Shown: one piece after another, positions 56,274 to 64,000 of the stretch
Layout: every line of letters begins with the position of its first letter
Numbering within the stretch: the first letter of the stretch is position 1
NCBI GenBank assembly: GCA_965116145.1
Contig: OZ220482.1
Span: 1,800,850 to 1,864,849, forward strand
Source: Thermoanaerobaculia bacterium
Lineage (GTDB): Bacteria > Acidobacteriota > Thermoanaerobaculia > Multivoradales > Multivoraceae
DNA: 64,000 bases
Direction: 5' to 3'
Translations under genes and position numbers: made by a program
Notes under the pieces: generated by a model
Databases searched by the model: none
What the model was told of the DNA's origin: nothing
Seen by the model: only the letters and a program-made list of their open reading frames with translations

Positions 56274-57449
56274 TCAGGGAAGATCGCGGACGGCCGGAAT
56301 GCCGGGGAGCGACTCGGCATGCCGCACACTGTTGAGTACAGCATCGGCGAGCGCTTCGGCGGCGAGCGCGCCGATGCGGCTGACATCGGCCGGACCCTCC
56401 CGGGTCCCGGTGGCGAGCGCGAACACGCTGTCGCCGTCGGCGGGGGTATGGGACGGCACGATCGCGCGGGCAAGACCGTCGTGGGCCATCTGCGCCACGC
56501 GGGTCGCCTCGGCCTGGGTCAGGGCCGCGTTCGTCGCGACGACGGCAATCGTCGTGTTCTCCCGGCTCTCCGCCTCGTGCCGGCTGGTGCGGCGATCCCG
56601 GCCGCGGCCGCTTCGCAGCAGCTTGCGAGCGTCGAGCAGTTCGTCGTTCGGACCGCGCACACCGGCCACGACCTGGCCGGTCGCCGGGTCGATGACGTCG
56701 CCGACCGCGTTCACCGCGACCAGCGCCGCCACCACGAGTCCCGACGCCGGCCCTTCTTCCAGCCTGATCGAGGCGCTGCCGAGACCGCCCTTCATCCGCG
56801 ATCCGCGGCCGCCCATCTTGCCCACCGTGGCGCCGGCGCCAGCGCCCACGTTGCCCTGGGCCACCGGACCGGTGCCGGCCGCGGCCGCGGCACGGTAGCC
56901 GCAGCCTGCATCCGGGCGCGGCTTGCTGCTGCCGCCCACGCCGAGATCCATCAGCGACGCGGCAACGACGATCGGCACGACGCCGGCACCCACCGGGTAG
57001 CCGACCTCCTGCTCCTCGAGATAGCGCATCACCCCGCCCGACGCGTCGAGACCGTACGCGCTGCCGCCGGTGAGGACCACGGCATGGAGTTCCTGGATCA
57101 TGTTGTGGGGACGCAGCAGGTCCGTCTCGCGAGTCGCCGGAGCACCGCCGCGGACATCCACGCCGCCAACCGCACCATCCAGCGCCAGCACCACGGTGCA
57201 GCCGGTGGGCCGCTCTTCGTACGTGAATTGACCGACCTTGAGCCCCTTGACCGCCGTCAACCCGGGATCGCCCGCGGCCTCTTCAGCCACACCGGGGCTC
57301 CAGGCCGGAAGCACGAGAACCGCCAGCGCAGCGAACCCGCCACGGCGCAGAAGCGGCAACGGCAGCCGCGCCGACACATCTGCCGTCCGGGCAACGGCGT
57401 GCGGGCTTCGTTGCACACGACCCGCCCTGACCCCTATGATCCTTGCCAT
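56274..57449 (-). CDS. P1/S58 (DmpA-type) aminopeptidase family protein
   Basis: GLKVGQFTYEERPTGCTVV...GGAPATRETDLL...AVVLTGGSAYGLDA...ATNA pattern. The stop is 10 nt upstream of the SDR start. Confidence 0.75.
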   Translation of the reverse strand: MARIIGVRAGRVQRSPHAVARTADVSARLPLPLLRRGGFAALAVLVLPAWSPGVAEEAAGDPGLTAVKGLKVGQFTYEERPTGCTVVLALDGAVGGVDVRGGAPATRETDLLRPHNMIQELHAVVLTGGSAYGLDASGGVMRYLEEQEVGYPVGAGVVPIVVAASLMDLGVGGSSKPRPDAGCGYRAAAAAGTGPVAQGNVGAGAGATVGKMGGRGSRMKGGLGSASIRLEEGPASGLVVAALVAVNAVGDVIDPATGQVVAGVRGPNDELLDARKLLRSGRGRDRRTSRHEAESRENTTIAVVATNAALTQAEATRVAQMAHDGLARAIVPSHTPADGDSVFALATGTREGPADVSRIGALAAEALADAVLNSVRHAESLPGIPAVRDLP

Positions 57450-57620
57450 ACGACATCTCCTGCCACCAAGGGTTCGTCATCGGTCGACCGTGTCGCGTTG
57501 CGGCGCCGCAACAGCGCGACGCCCCTGAACCCGAAGACCGACGCAGGCGACGATCTCTATTGTGGCAAGAGTCGAACCCGCCCGCAAAGCGAACAGCCGA
57601 CAGCGACACTCAATCGCTTC

Positions 57621-58937
57621 ATGACTTCCACCGGCAGCGGCCGCGCGCGGCCGTGCGACGAAGTGCAGGACCGCGTACTGTCCGAGGCAGCGGCCTGCGC
57701 CGAGGAAACGGCACGGTTCGCGGCCGAGCTGATCCGCATTCCGACCGTCAATCCCCCGGGCGACGCCTACCGGGAATGCGCCGAGCTGCTCGGTGTGCGG
57801 CTCGAGGCGGACGGCTTCGAGACCGAGTATCTGCAGGGGCCCGGTGACGACCCGCAGCGCCCGAAGATCAACGTCCTGGGCCGACGGCGCGGCCGTATGG
57901 AGCGACCGGCGCTCCACCTGAACGGTCACATCGATGTCGTGCCTCCGGGCGATGGCTGGACCGTCGACCCGTTCGGCGGCGAGAGCCGGGACGGCTACCT
58001 GTACGGCCGCGGCGCGGCCGACATGAAGGCGGGCCTGGCGGCGGCCGTGTTCGCCGTCGAGGCAGTGCGTCGCGCCGGTATCGCACTGCGAGGGACGGTC
58101 GAGATCAGCGGCACGGTGGACGAAGAGAGCGGCGGGCTGGCCGGTGCCGCGCACCTCGCCGCGACCGGCCGGGTGACCAGCCGCACGACGGACTACGTGA
58201 TCATTCCGGAGCCGTTCGGCCCGACCCGGATCTGCATCGGCCACCGCGGCGTTCTCTGGTTCCGGATAACGGCCCGCGGCCGCATCGCGCACGGCTCGAT
58301 GCCCTTCCTCGGCGCCTCCGCAATCGATGCGGCAGCCGAGGCGGCGCTCGCGCTCAGAGAGGCGGTCGGCGACCTGACCACCGAACTGCCGGTGGTGCCG
58401 GACGAAGCGCGCCGGCCGACGATCAACGTGAACTCGATCGCCGGCGGCCAGGTCATCGAGGGGCTCGATTCCTCGGCCGCCCTGGACGGACACGGGCAGG
58501 GGCTGCCGTCGCCCTGCGTCGCCGACCGATGCGAGCTTGTCGTCGACCGCCGCTACCTGCTGGAGGAGGGAGCGGACAGCGTGCGCGCTGAAGTGAGGAC
58601 GGTGCTCGACGGAGTCGAAGCCAGGCGGCCCGGCGTCCAGTTCGAGGTCGAGGAGCTGCTGAGCGTCCTGCCCGTCAGTACACCGAGCGACTGCGCCCTG
58701 ACCGCGTCGCTCTCCCGCGCGATCGAGACCGCGACCGGAACCGCGGCCGATCTCGTGGCCAGCCCCGGCACGTACGATCACAAGCACTTCCAGCGCATCG
58801 GCGGCATCGGGCAGTGCGTTGCCTACGGGCCGGGCGAACTCGAGCAGGCCCACCAGCCGGACGAACGCTGCCGGCTCTCCGACATCACCCGGTCCATCCA
58901 GGTGATGGCGCTCACCATCGTCGACCTCCTGGGCTGA
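57621..58937 (+). CDS. M20-family metallopeptidase (ArgE/DapE/acetylornithine deacetylase-like)
   Basis: ATG at 57621 within track ORF 55971..58937. LHLNGHIDVVPPG, YGRGAADMKAG and GTVDEESGG metal-ligand motifs. Confidence 0.8.
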   Translation: MTSTGSGRARPCDEVQDRVLSEAAACAEETARFAAELIRIPTVNPPGDAYRECAELLGVRLEADGFETEYLQGPGDDPQRPKINVLGRRRGRMERPALHLNGHIDVVPPGDGWTVDPFGGESRDGYLYGRGAADMKAGLAAAVFAVEAVRRAGIALRGTVEISGTVDEESGGLAGAAHLAATGRVTSRTTDYVIIPEPFGPTRICIGHRGVLWFRITARGRIAHGSMPFLGASAIDAAAEAALALREAVGDLTTELPVVPDEARRPTINVNSIAGGQVIEGLDSSAALDGHGQGLPSPCVADRCELVVDRRYLLEEGADSVRAEVRTVLDGVEARRPGVQFEVEELLSVLPVSTPSDCALTASLSRAIETATGTAADLVASPGTYDHKHFQRIGGIGQCVAYGPGELEQAHQPDERCRLSDITRSIQVMALTIVDLLG

Positions 58938-59004
58938 GGCCAAGGCCAGCAACCTGTGGCAGACTGACAGGCCGGATCGAACACCAGCAGTCCGGGGCGG
59001 CCGC

Positions 59005-59150
59005 TGTGCAGCCGGCCGGTTGGCGCTGCACGTTCGTTCGGCCATGCATCCCGTCCGGCTGCGTTGTGCTTCGCGGACATGCACCCCGGTGCTCCCCTCA
59101 TCGCGCCTTACCGGCCGGGCGCCTGACCGCTCTCGGTGCGACACGCAGTC
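59005..59150 (-). repeat. Interspersed palindromic repeat, copy 4 (inverted orientation, outer stem lost)
   Basis: The reverse complement of 59100-59146 reads GCGTGTCGCACCGAGAGCGGTCAGGCGCCCGGCCGGTAAGGCGCGA. The far half retains GGGATGCATGGCCGAACGAACGTGCAGCGCC and GCAGCC. Confidence 0.7.
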
Positions 59151-59327
59151 CGCAACGCGCTGTCAGCGCTATCAGCCGCCATCCAACGACCGACCTCAGC
59201 CCCGAAGAAGTTGCTACGCTGCGCTCCGCGGCGCAAGCTCCTGGCATTCCGGCGGGGTCTTGCGCCCAGGGCTCTGTGTGGCCCAACGACAAACGGCTCC
59301 CCGCTGAGCCCCTGAGGAACTGCAACC

Positions 59328-60710
59328 ATGACCGTGGCACTTGACGTCGCGCCCCCCGTTCGATCGCGCCTCCCGGAGCTGCCGCCGTGCAGCCATCGGC
59401 CGGCACCCTACCTGGGGCCGAGCCGCGACGAGATCCTGGAGCTGCGCCGGCAGCACGTGAACCCTGCCCTGTTCACCCTCTACAGCGAACCCGTGATGCT
59501 GGTCGAGGGCCGCGGCCAGTACGTCTGGGATGACAGCGGCAGGCGCTATCTCGACCTGTTCGCCGGCATCTGCACCGTGGCGTGCGGTCATTCCCACCCG
59601 AAGATCGTCGCCGCCGTCCAGCAGCAGATGGCGCTGCTGGCCCACGGCTCGACCGCCTTCCTGCATCCGAACATGCCGCGCTTCGCCCAGGCGCTGCTGT
59701 CCAGACTGCCGTCCGAGCTGAACCGGATCTACTTCGTGAACAGCGGCAGCGAAGCGAACGATCTCGCCATCCAGATGGCCCGCCTGCAGACCGGGAACGC
59801 CGATGTCATCGGCATCCGCAACGCGTATCACGGCGGCAGCGCGCCGACCGGGGCGCTGACCGGCATGCACACCTGGAAGTCCGGGGTCCAGCGCGGCGGG
59901 CCGGTGCACCACGCGATCAACCCGGACCCGTACCGCAATCCGTTCCCGGGCACGCCCGAACAGATCGCCAGCCGTTGCGCCGAGGATGTGGCCGAGATCA
60001 TCCGCTATTCGACTCCGGGTCAGGTCGCCGCCTTCGTCTCGGAACCGATCCAGGGCGCCGGCGGCGTGACGATGGGCGCTCCGAACTACCTTCCCGAGGT
60101 CTACGACATCGTGCGCGCCCACGGCGGCGTGTGCATCGCCGACGAGGTGCAGACCGGATTCGGCCGCACCGGCGACCACTTCTGGGGCTTCCAGCGTTCC
60201 GGCGTCGTCCCCGAGATCGTCACCATGGCCAAGGCCATCGGCAACGGCCTGCCGCTGGCCGCCGTCGCCACGACCTCCGAGATCGCCGCCACTCTCGCCC
60301 AACGGCTCCACATCAACACGTTCGGTGGCAATCCCCTGGTGTCGGCAGCCGGCCTGGCCGTCCTCGAAGTGATCGAGGAGGAGGGCCTTCAGCAGAACGC
60401 CCAGGTTCAGGGCAACCGCCTTCTCGACGGCCTCCGATCCCTCGCCGAACACCACGAGAGCATCGGCGATGTCCGCGGCCAGGGCCTGATGATCGGCGTC
60501 GAACTGGTCGCGGACCGCGCCTCCCGGACACCGGGAACCGCCCTGACCGGCCGCGTCCTCGACGAACTCAAGGACCTCGGCGCCCTCGTCGGCAAGGGCG
60601 GCCTCCACGGCAACGTCCTCCGGATCAAGCCGCCGCTCGTCCTCACCGCCGCCGACGTCGAGTTCGCCCTGGCAGCAATCGACGAAGCCCTGACCCGCGC
60701 AGCAACCTGA
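59328..60710 (+). CDS. Class-III (omega-type) PLP aminotransferase
   Basis: NSGSEANDLAI, ADEVQTGFGRTG and PLP-lysine context VTMAKAIGNGLPL. Confidence 0.85.
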   Translation: MTVALDVAPPVRSRLPELPPCSHRPAPYLGPSRDEILELRRQHVNPALFTLYSEPVMLVEGRGQYVWDDSGRRYLDLFAGICTVACGHSHPKIVAAVQQQMALLAHGSTAFLHPNMPRFAQALLSRLPSELNRIYFVNSGSEANDLAIQMARLQTGNADVIGIRNAYHGGSAPTGALTGMHTWKSGVQRGGPVHHAINPDPYRNPFPGTPEQIASRCAEDVAEIIRYSTPGQVAAFVSEPIQGAGGVTMGAPNYLPEVYDIVRAHGGVCIADEVQTGFGRTGDHFWGFQRSGVVPEIVTMAKAIGNGLPLAAVATTSEIAATLAQRLHINTFGGNPLVSAAGLAVLEVIEEEGLQQNAQVQGNRLLDGLRSLAEHHESIGDVRGQGLMIGVELVADRASRTPGTALTGRVLDELKDLGALVGKGGLHGNVLRIKPPLVLTAADVEFALAAIDEALTRAAT

Positions 60711-60746
60711 GCCGGCGACGCGGGAAACCTGCCCCACCGCAACGCG

Positions 60747-63332
60747 CTACAAGGCGCCCCCGACTCTCGGCCTCACCGCCAGACGCTGACGGATCTCGGT
60801 GTACACCGGTACCGCTTCGCCAGCTTCGACCGTAACCGCCAGACCGTAGGGAACGGAGTCCGGAAGGCCGCCGGCAGGCGAGGAACCGGACACGGAGAAG
60901 CACAGATGGCCGTCCTCCAGGAAGGACACGGCCTTGTCGCCCTCGAAGCGGACGTGAAGCAGCGAGCCCCTCCTGACCGAATCGTGCGACGGCTGCGACT
61001 TCACGCGGTCAACGAAGCCATCGTCATGGCTGAGCATCGACCCGGACGCAAGGTCGAGCTTGGCCCGGCGATACATCCGGTGTCGAACATTCGAGGGCGA
61101 GAACCAGGCCAACGTGCAGGTGACTGCGCGCGGCTCCGTGGTCCGCTCCAAGCTCCGCGGAAGCGGTACACGGTACTCGTGTGCAGCCCTGTCGTCGCCG
61201 TCCACGGAGATCTCGCCATGGCCGATCAACGTGGCACGGTTCGACGCACAGGTCAGCGCCGCCTCGATGCTCGGGCGGCCGTAGCCGATCAGACGCGCAA
61301 TGGCGTCCTTCTTCCCTACGTGTCCTCCAGCATCTGAAGCGAGCAGTCCCTCGAGAACTCCGGCTTCGGAGCCCCAACGGGCGCTGTGGACCAGGAGTGC
61401 CTTGACCACCGGGCCGTAGAAGGCCGAGTCCACATCGGCAAGCAAGCCGCCATTCGCCTCGTCCATCAGCGCATCGAACAGGCCGCACGCGGCGCGTGTA
61501 GCCAAGGCCGCGGCTGCGCTCGTTCCCGCCGAGAGTGCCTCCCGTCTCAGGTAGCCATCGTCGCTCGGTGCTGCCGCGCGAAGTCCGAAGTAGCGCCCAG
61601 ATTGCACAGCCTGTATCTCCAGCGCGTCGCCGAACCGGGTCACTCGCACCAGTTCCCGGCCGCCTGGCATCAGGATCTCCGGCTTGATGGCCTTGCGGTA
61701 GCCGAGTCCCACCGCCGACGTGATGTTGGGGCCGGTGCCGTCCCCCAGCGGATCCAGAGGGCCGTGGGTTTGCTGCGGGGACTCGGAGTGAGCGTCTTCG
61801 TGCCAGGCGCCGATCGTAAGGACGTTCATCGCTTCACCTGGCGAGAGCAGCGTGCGGCGTGCCGACTCGTGACTCAGTGACCGAAGAGTCAGCTCGCGCC
61901 GCTGTGGCACCGCCGCCTCCTCGAAGCCGCACACTGTGTCCGCCGTGGACAAGGAGAGCGCCGCGCCGACATTCCCGGCACTCACCAGGAACAGAATGCC
62001 GTACTTTGCGGCTAGGTGATCCAGAAGCCGCGCCCACGCGCTGATCGGCCCGGCGAACGGCCGCCGGCGGTCCCCGAGCGACAGGTTCACGAGGAACACG
62101 GACGGAGCAGTAGCGTCGCCGTCATTGTCGCCCTCCTTCATTCTCCGCACGGCACGGTAGATCGTGTCGACCAGGAGACGGCCCGGCGGGAACTCTTCGC
62201 GACTCCCGTCGGCCGTCGGCAGCAGAACCGGTCGCACGTAGAGCAACCGGTCAAGCGGCTCTTCCTGCCCATTGCGGTCGCCATGGAGGATCAGCGAGGC
62301 CATCGCGGTGCCATGTTGGCGTCTTGCAGCAACGCTCCGCTCATCGAGTCCATCGGGATCATCGACCAACAGTCGGCCGTCAAGCAGCGCGTGCCGCTGC
62401 ACGGGTACACCGTCGAAGAGAGCGGCCACGGGAACATCGAGATCCTCCGGCGGCAGCGTCGGCGGCGCGTCGACCTGAGTTTCCTTGACTGCTATCGGGA
62501 AGCTGACGCTGGACTGTGGCCTCACCAGCATCACGTCATCGCACAGGGCAATCACGTCCTGGCGTCCCACCAGCGCTTCGACTCCCTCCGACGGAAGGTC
62601 CACCAGAGCGGCTTCGTAGGCCACCTCCGGTATCGAAGACCTGTGAACGAGTTTCCCGCCGGCTTGCTGCAGGACGCCGAGGAACATACGGCCTGCCTTC
62701 TCCCGCCTCTCCCTCGCCGCGTAGCTCCACAGCTCGATCTCGACGCGATGATCGGCATCCGGTTCGTCCCTGAGTCTCTGCCGAATGAAGTCGACCGTGT
62801 CCTCGGGGACTCGGTCTTCCGGACCCCAAGCACGAAGCTCCCGAAGGCGCTTGAAGACGTGCCACCAGGGAGCGAATCCCCGCGGAGCGTCATCACCAGC
62901 CTCGTATCTCCCCCAGAGCGACAGGATCTCCTCAAGCGCGCGGATGTCCGGCATCGCCAGGTAGAGGCGACCGCCTACCAGCTTGTCGTCCCGGTCCTTT
63001 CCCTCCCGACCCTTCCGGGTATCGATGACGGCGAAGTCCCCGTCGGCAGGCGATTCCGTGTCTTCGTCGCCCAGAAGCTCAAGACCGCCAACCTTGGCGA
63101 CAGCGTGGCGGAACCCGGTCACCGAACCAGCGATCTCGAAAACGAGGGCGCGCTCCGGTGCGATACCACCGGGGTCCTCGCCGAAGGTCAGCGGATGATC
63201 AGGATCCAGCGCATCGCGAAGGCGCTGGAAGACCGGTCCAAGGCGCTCAACCTGCCGTTGCCTGTCGGGCAGACGGGGCTTGTGCCCGCCCCAGCCCCGG
63301 GGATTGACCTTCCGATTCGCAGGCGCGGGCAT
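60747..63332 (-). CDS. S8 (subtilisin-like) serine peptidase with ~330-aa unrecognised N-terminal region, IetS-like
   Basis: Trimmed to the ATG at 63332 (MPAPANRK). Catalytic-triad contexts AALFDGV (Asp), HGTAMASLILHG (His), LVNLSLG (oxyanion Asn) and SAGTSAAAALATR (Ser). It lies 44 nt downstream of an AAA+ ATPase gene. Confidence 0.8.
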   Translation of the reverse strand: MPAPANRKVNPRGWGGHKPRLPDRQRQVERLGPVFQRLRDALDPDHPLTFGEDPGGIAPERALVFEIAGSVTGFRHAVAKVGGLELLGDEDTESPADGDFAVIDTRKGREGKDRDDKLVGGRLYLAMPDIRALEEILSLWGRYEAGDDAPRGFAPWWHVFKRLRELRAWGPEDRVPEDTVDFIRQRLRDEPDADHRVEIELWSYAARERREKAGRMFLGVLQQAGGKLVHRSSIPEVAYEAALVDLPSEGVEALVGRQDVIALCDDVMLVRPQSSVSFPIAVKETQVDAPPTLPPEDLDVPVAALFDGVPVQRHALLDGRLLVDDPDGLDERSVAARRQHGTAMASLILHGDRNGQEEPLDRLLYVRPVLLPTADGSREEFPPGRLLVDTIYRAVRRMKEGDNDGDATAPSVFLVNLSLGDRRRPFAGPISAWARLLDHLAAKYGILFLVSAGNVGAALSLSTADTVCGFEEAAVPQRRELTLRSLSHESARRTLLSPGEAMNVLTIGAWHEDAHSESPQQTHGPLDPLGDGTGPNITSAVGLGYRKAIKPEILMPGGRELVRVTRFGDALEIQAVQSGRYFGLRAAAPSDDGYLRREALSAGTSAAAALATRAACGLFDALMDEANGGLLADVDSAFYGPVVKALLVHSARWGSEAGVLEGLLASDAGGHVGKKDAIARLIGYGRPSIEAALTCASNRATLIGHGEISVDGDDRAAHEYRVPLPRSLERTTEPRAVTCTLAWFSPSNVRHRMYRRAKLDLASGSMLSHDDGFVDRVKSQPSHDSVRRGSLLHVRFEGDKAVSFLEDGHLCFSVSGSSPAGGLPDSVPYGLAVTVEAGEAVPVYTEIRQRLAVRPRVGGAL

Positions 63333-63376
63333 CGGCAGCAGCGGATAGTCGGCCACGCCGCGACGCCCTCGATGAC

Positions 63377-64000
63377 CTAAGCGCTGGCACGTCGGCGCCA
63401 GGCTGCAAGACGCTCCACGACGATCTCGCGCACGGGAACCTCGCCCATGGCGAGCACCTGACGGCGACGCACGTCGCGGCAGAACTCCTCGGCTTCCGCA
63501 AAGCTGAGGCCGCCGAGTCCCTGGGCCACCGACTCGGGGCAATGGCCAAGAGGTTCGTCCAGGGAGCGCGCAAACCGCTCGATGTACTCGGCAAGGACCT
63601 GAGGCGTGGGCGGCTCCAGGGCAAGCCGGAGCTGAAAGCGCCGCCAGACGGCGCGGTCCAGCAGTTCCGCGTGGTTCGAAGCCGCCACGACGACCGTGTA
63701 GCTCGGCAACTCGTCGGTCTGCATCAGCAGGGAGGACACGACCCTCTTGATCTCTCCGGTCTCGTGCGTGTCCCCTCGTTCCTTGCCCAGCGCATCGAAC
63801 TCGTCGAAGAAGAGGACGCAGGGCGTCGTCCTGGCGGCATCGAAGACGCGCTTCAGCCGAGCAGCCGTTTCCCCGAGGAAACTACCGATCAGTCCCTCGT
63901 AACGAACGACCAGGAACGGCACGGCCAAGGCTTCGGCAATGGCTTCGGCGAGCGTGGTCTTGCCGTTCCCCGGCGGTCCAACGAGCAGCACCCGGTGACG
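63377..64000 (-). CDS. AAA+ ATPase (classic CDC48/FtsH-type clade), 5'-truncated by the window edge, IetA-like
   Basis: Walker A LLVGPPGNGKT, Walker B VLFFDEFD and second region of homology VVVAASNHAELLDRAVWRRF. The reading frame stays open to nt 64000. Confidence 0.8.
   Translation of the reverse strand, partial: RHRVLLVGPPGNGKTTLAEAIAEALAVPFLVVRYEGLIGSFLGETAARLKRVFDAARTTPCVLFFDEFDALGKERGDTHETGEIKRVVSSLLMQTDELPSYTVVVAASNHAELLDRAVWRRFQLRLALEPPTPQVLAEYIERFARSLDEPLGHCPESVAQGLGGLSFAEAEEFCRDVRRRQVLAMGEVPVREIVVERLAAWRRRASA

Noticed and set aside
57477-59144. 555-aa minus-strand ORF beginning MSHRERSGARP. The same N-terminal peptide recurs at 43860 and 49453, which suggested a conserved small-protein family.
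   Set aside because: The shared peptide is simply the translation of the conserved core of the palindromic repeat, read from a GTG. Similarity ends at the repeat boundary. The rest of the 555-aa ORF is antisense to the M20 peptidase gene.
1-64000. Looked for CRISPR arrays, tRNA/rRNA genes, integrases, transposases and IS ends.
   Set aside because: I saw no regularly spaced short direct repeats and no cloverleaf-like or rRNA-like sequence in the intergenic regions I read. No ORF has recombinase or transposase motifs. A by-eye scan cannot exclude small RNAs.

Overview
High-GC bacterial chromosomal segment, roughly two-thirds G+C by eye (not computed). The taxon cannot be assigned from the sequence alone. 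I recognised no rRNA, tRNA, CRISPR array, integrase or transposase.

Core genes:
- cimA.
- A complete ilvE-ilvBN-ilvC-leuA-leuCD-leuB operon, preceded by a candidate promoter, a Leu/Val/Ile-rich leader ORF and an intrinsic terminator (attenuator).
- uppP and an FKBP isomerase.
- An OmpR/histidine-kinase pair.
- A sulfatase-TPR lipoprotein.
- An mmuM-like gene and metY.
- An ECF sigma / vWA anti-sigma pair.
- A TonB-dependent receptor and an SLC13-type transporter.
- An SDR, S58 and M20 peptidases, and a class-III aminotransferase.

Accessory content:
1. A ~15.3-kb co-directional, translationally coupled six-gene operon (5276-20531) lies between cimA/SWIM-SNF2 and the ilv-leu operon. It interleaves a Gabija-type OLD nuclease/UvrD helicase pair with a DUF1156 methyltransferase, a DUF499 ATPase, an SNF2-DUF3883 helicase and a second paralogous UvrD. 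This is the most interesting locus.
2. A McrBC pair with an unrecognised McrB N-terminal domain.
3. An AAA+ ATPase plus S8 protease pair (IetAS-like) at the right edge.
4. Two decayed vapBC-type toxin-antitoxin loci.
5. A ~160-nt palindromic interspersed repeat in four copies, with a compensatory stem change between copies.
6. A G10 homopolymer in the signal peptide of the TonB-dependent receptor.

Many long ORFs in the six-frame track are antisense shadow ORFs typical of high-GC DNA and are not reported. All domain calls rest on motif recognition by eye. No searches were run.
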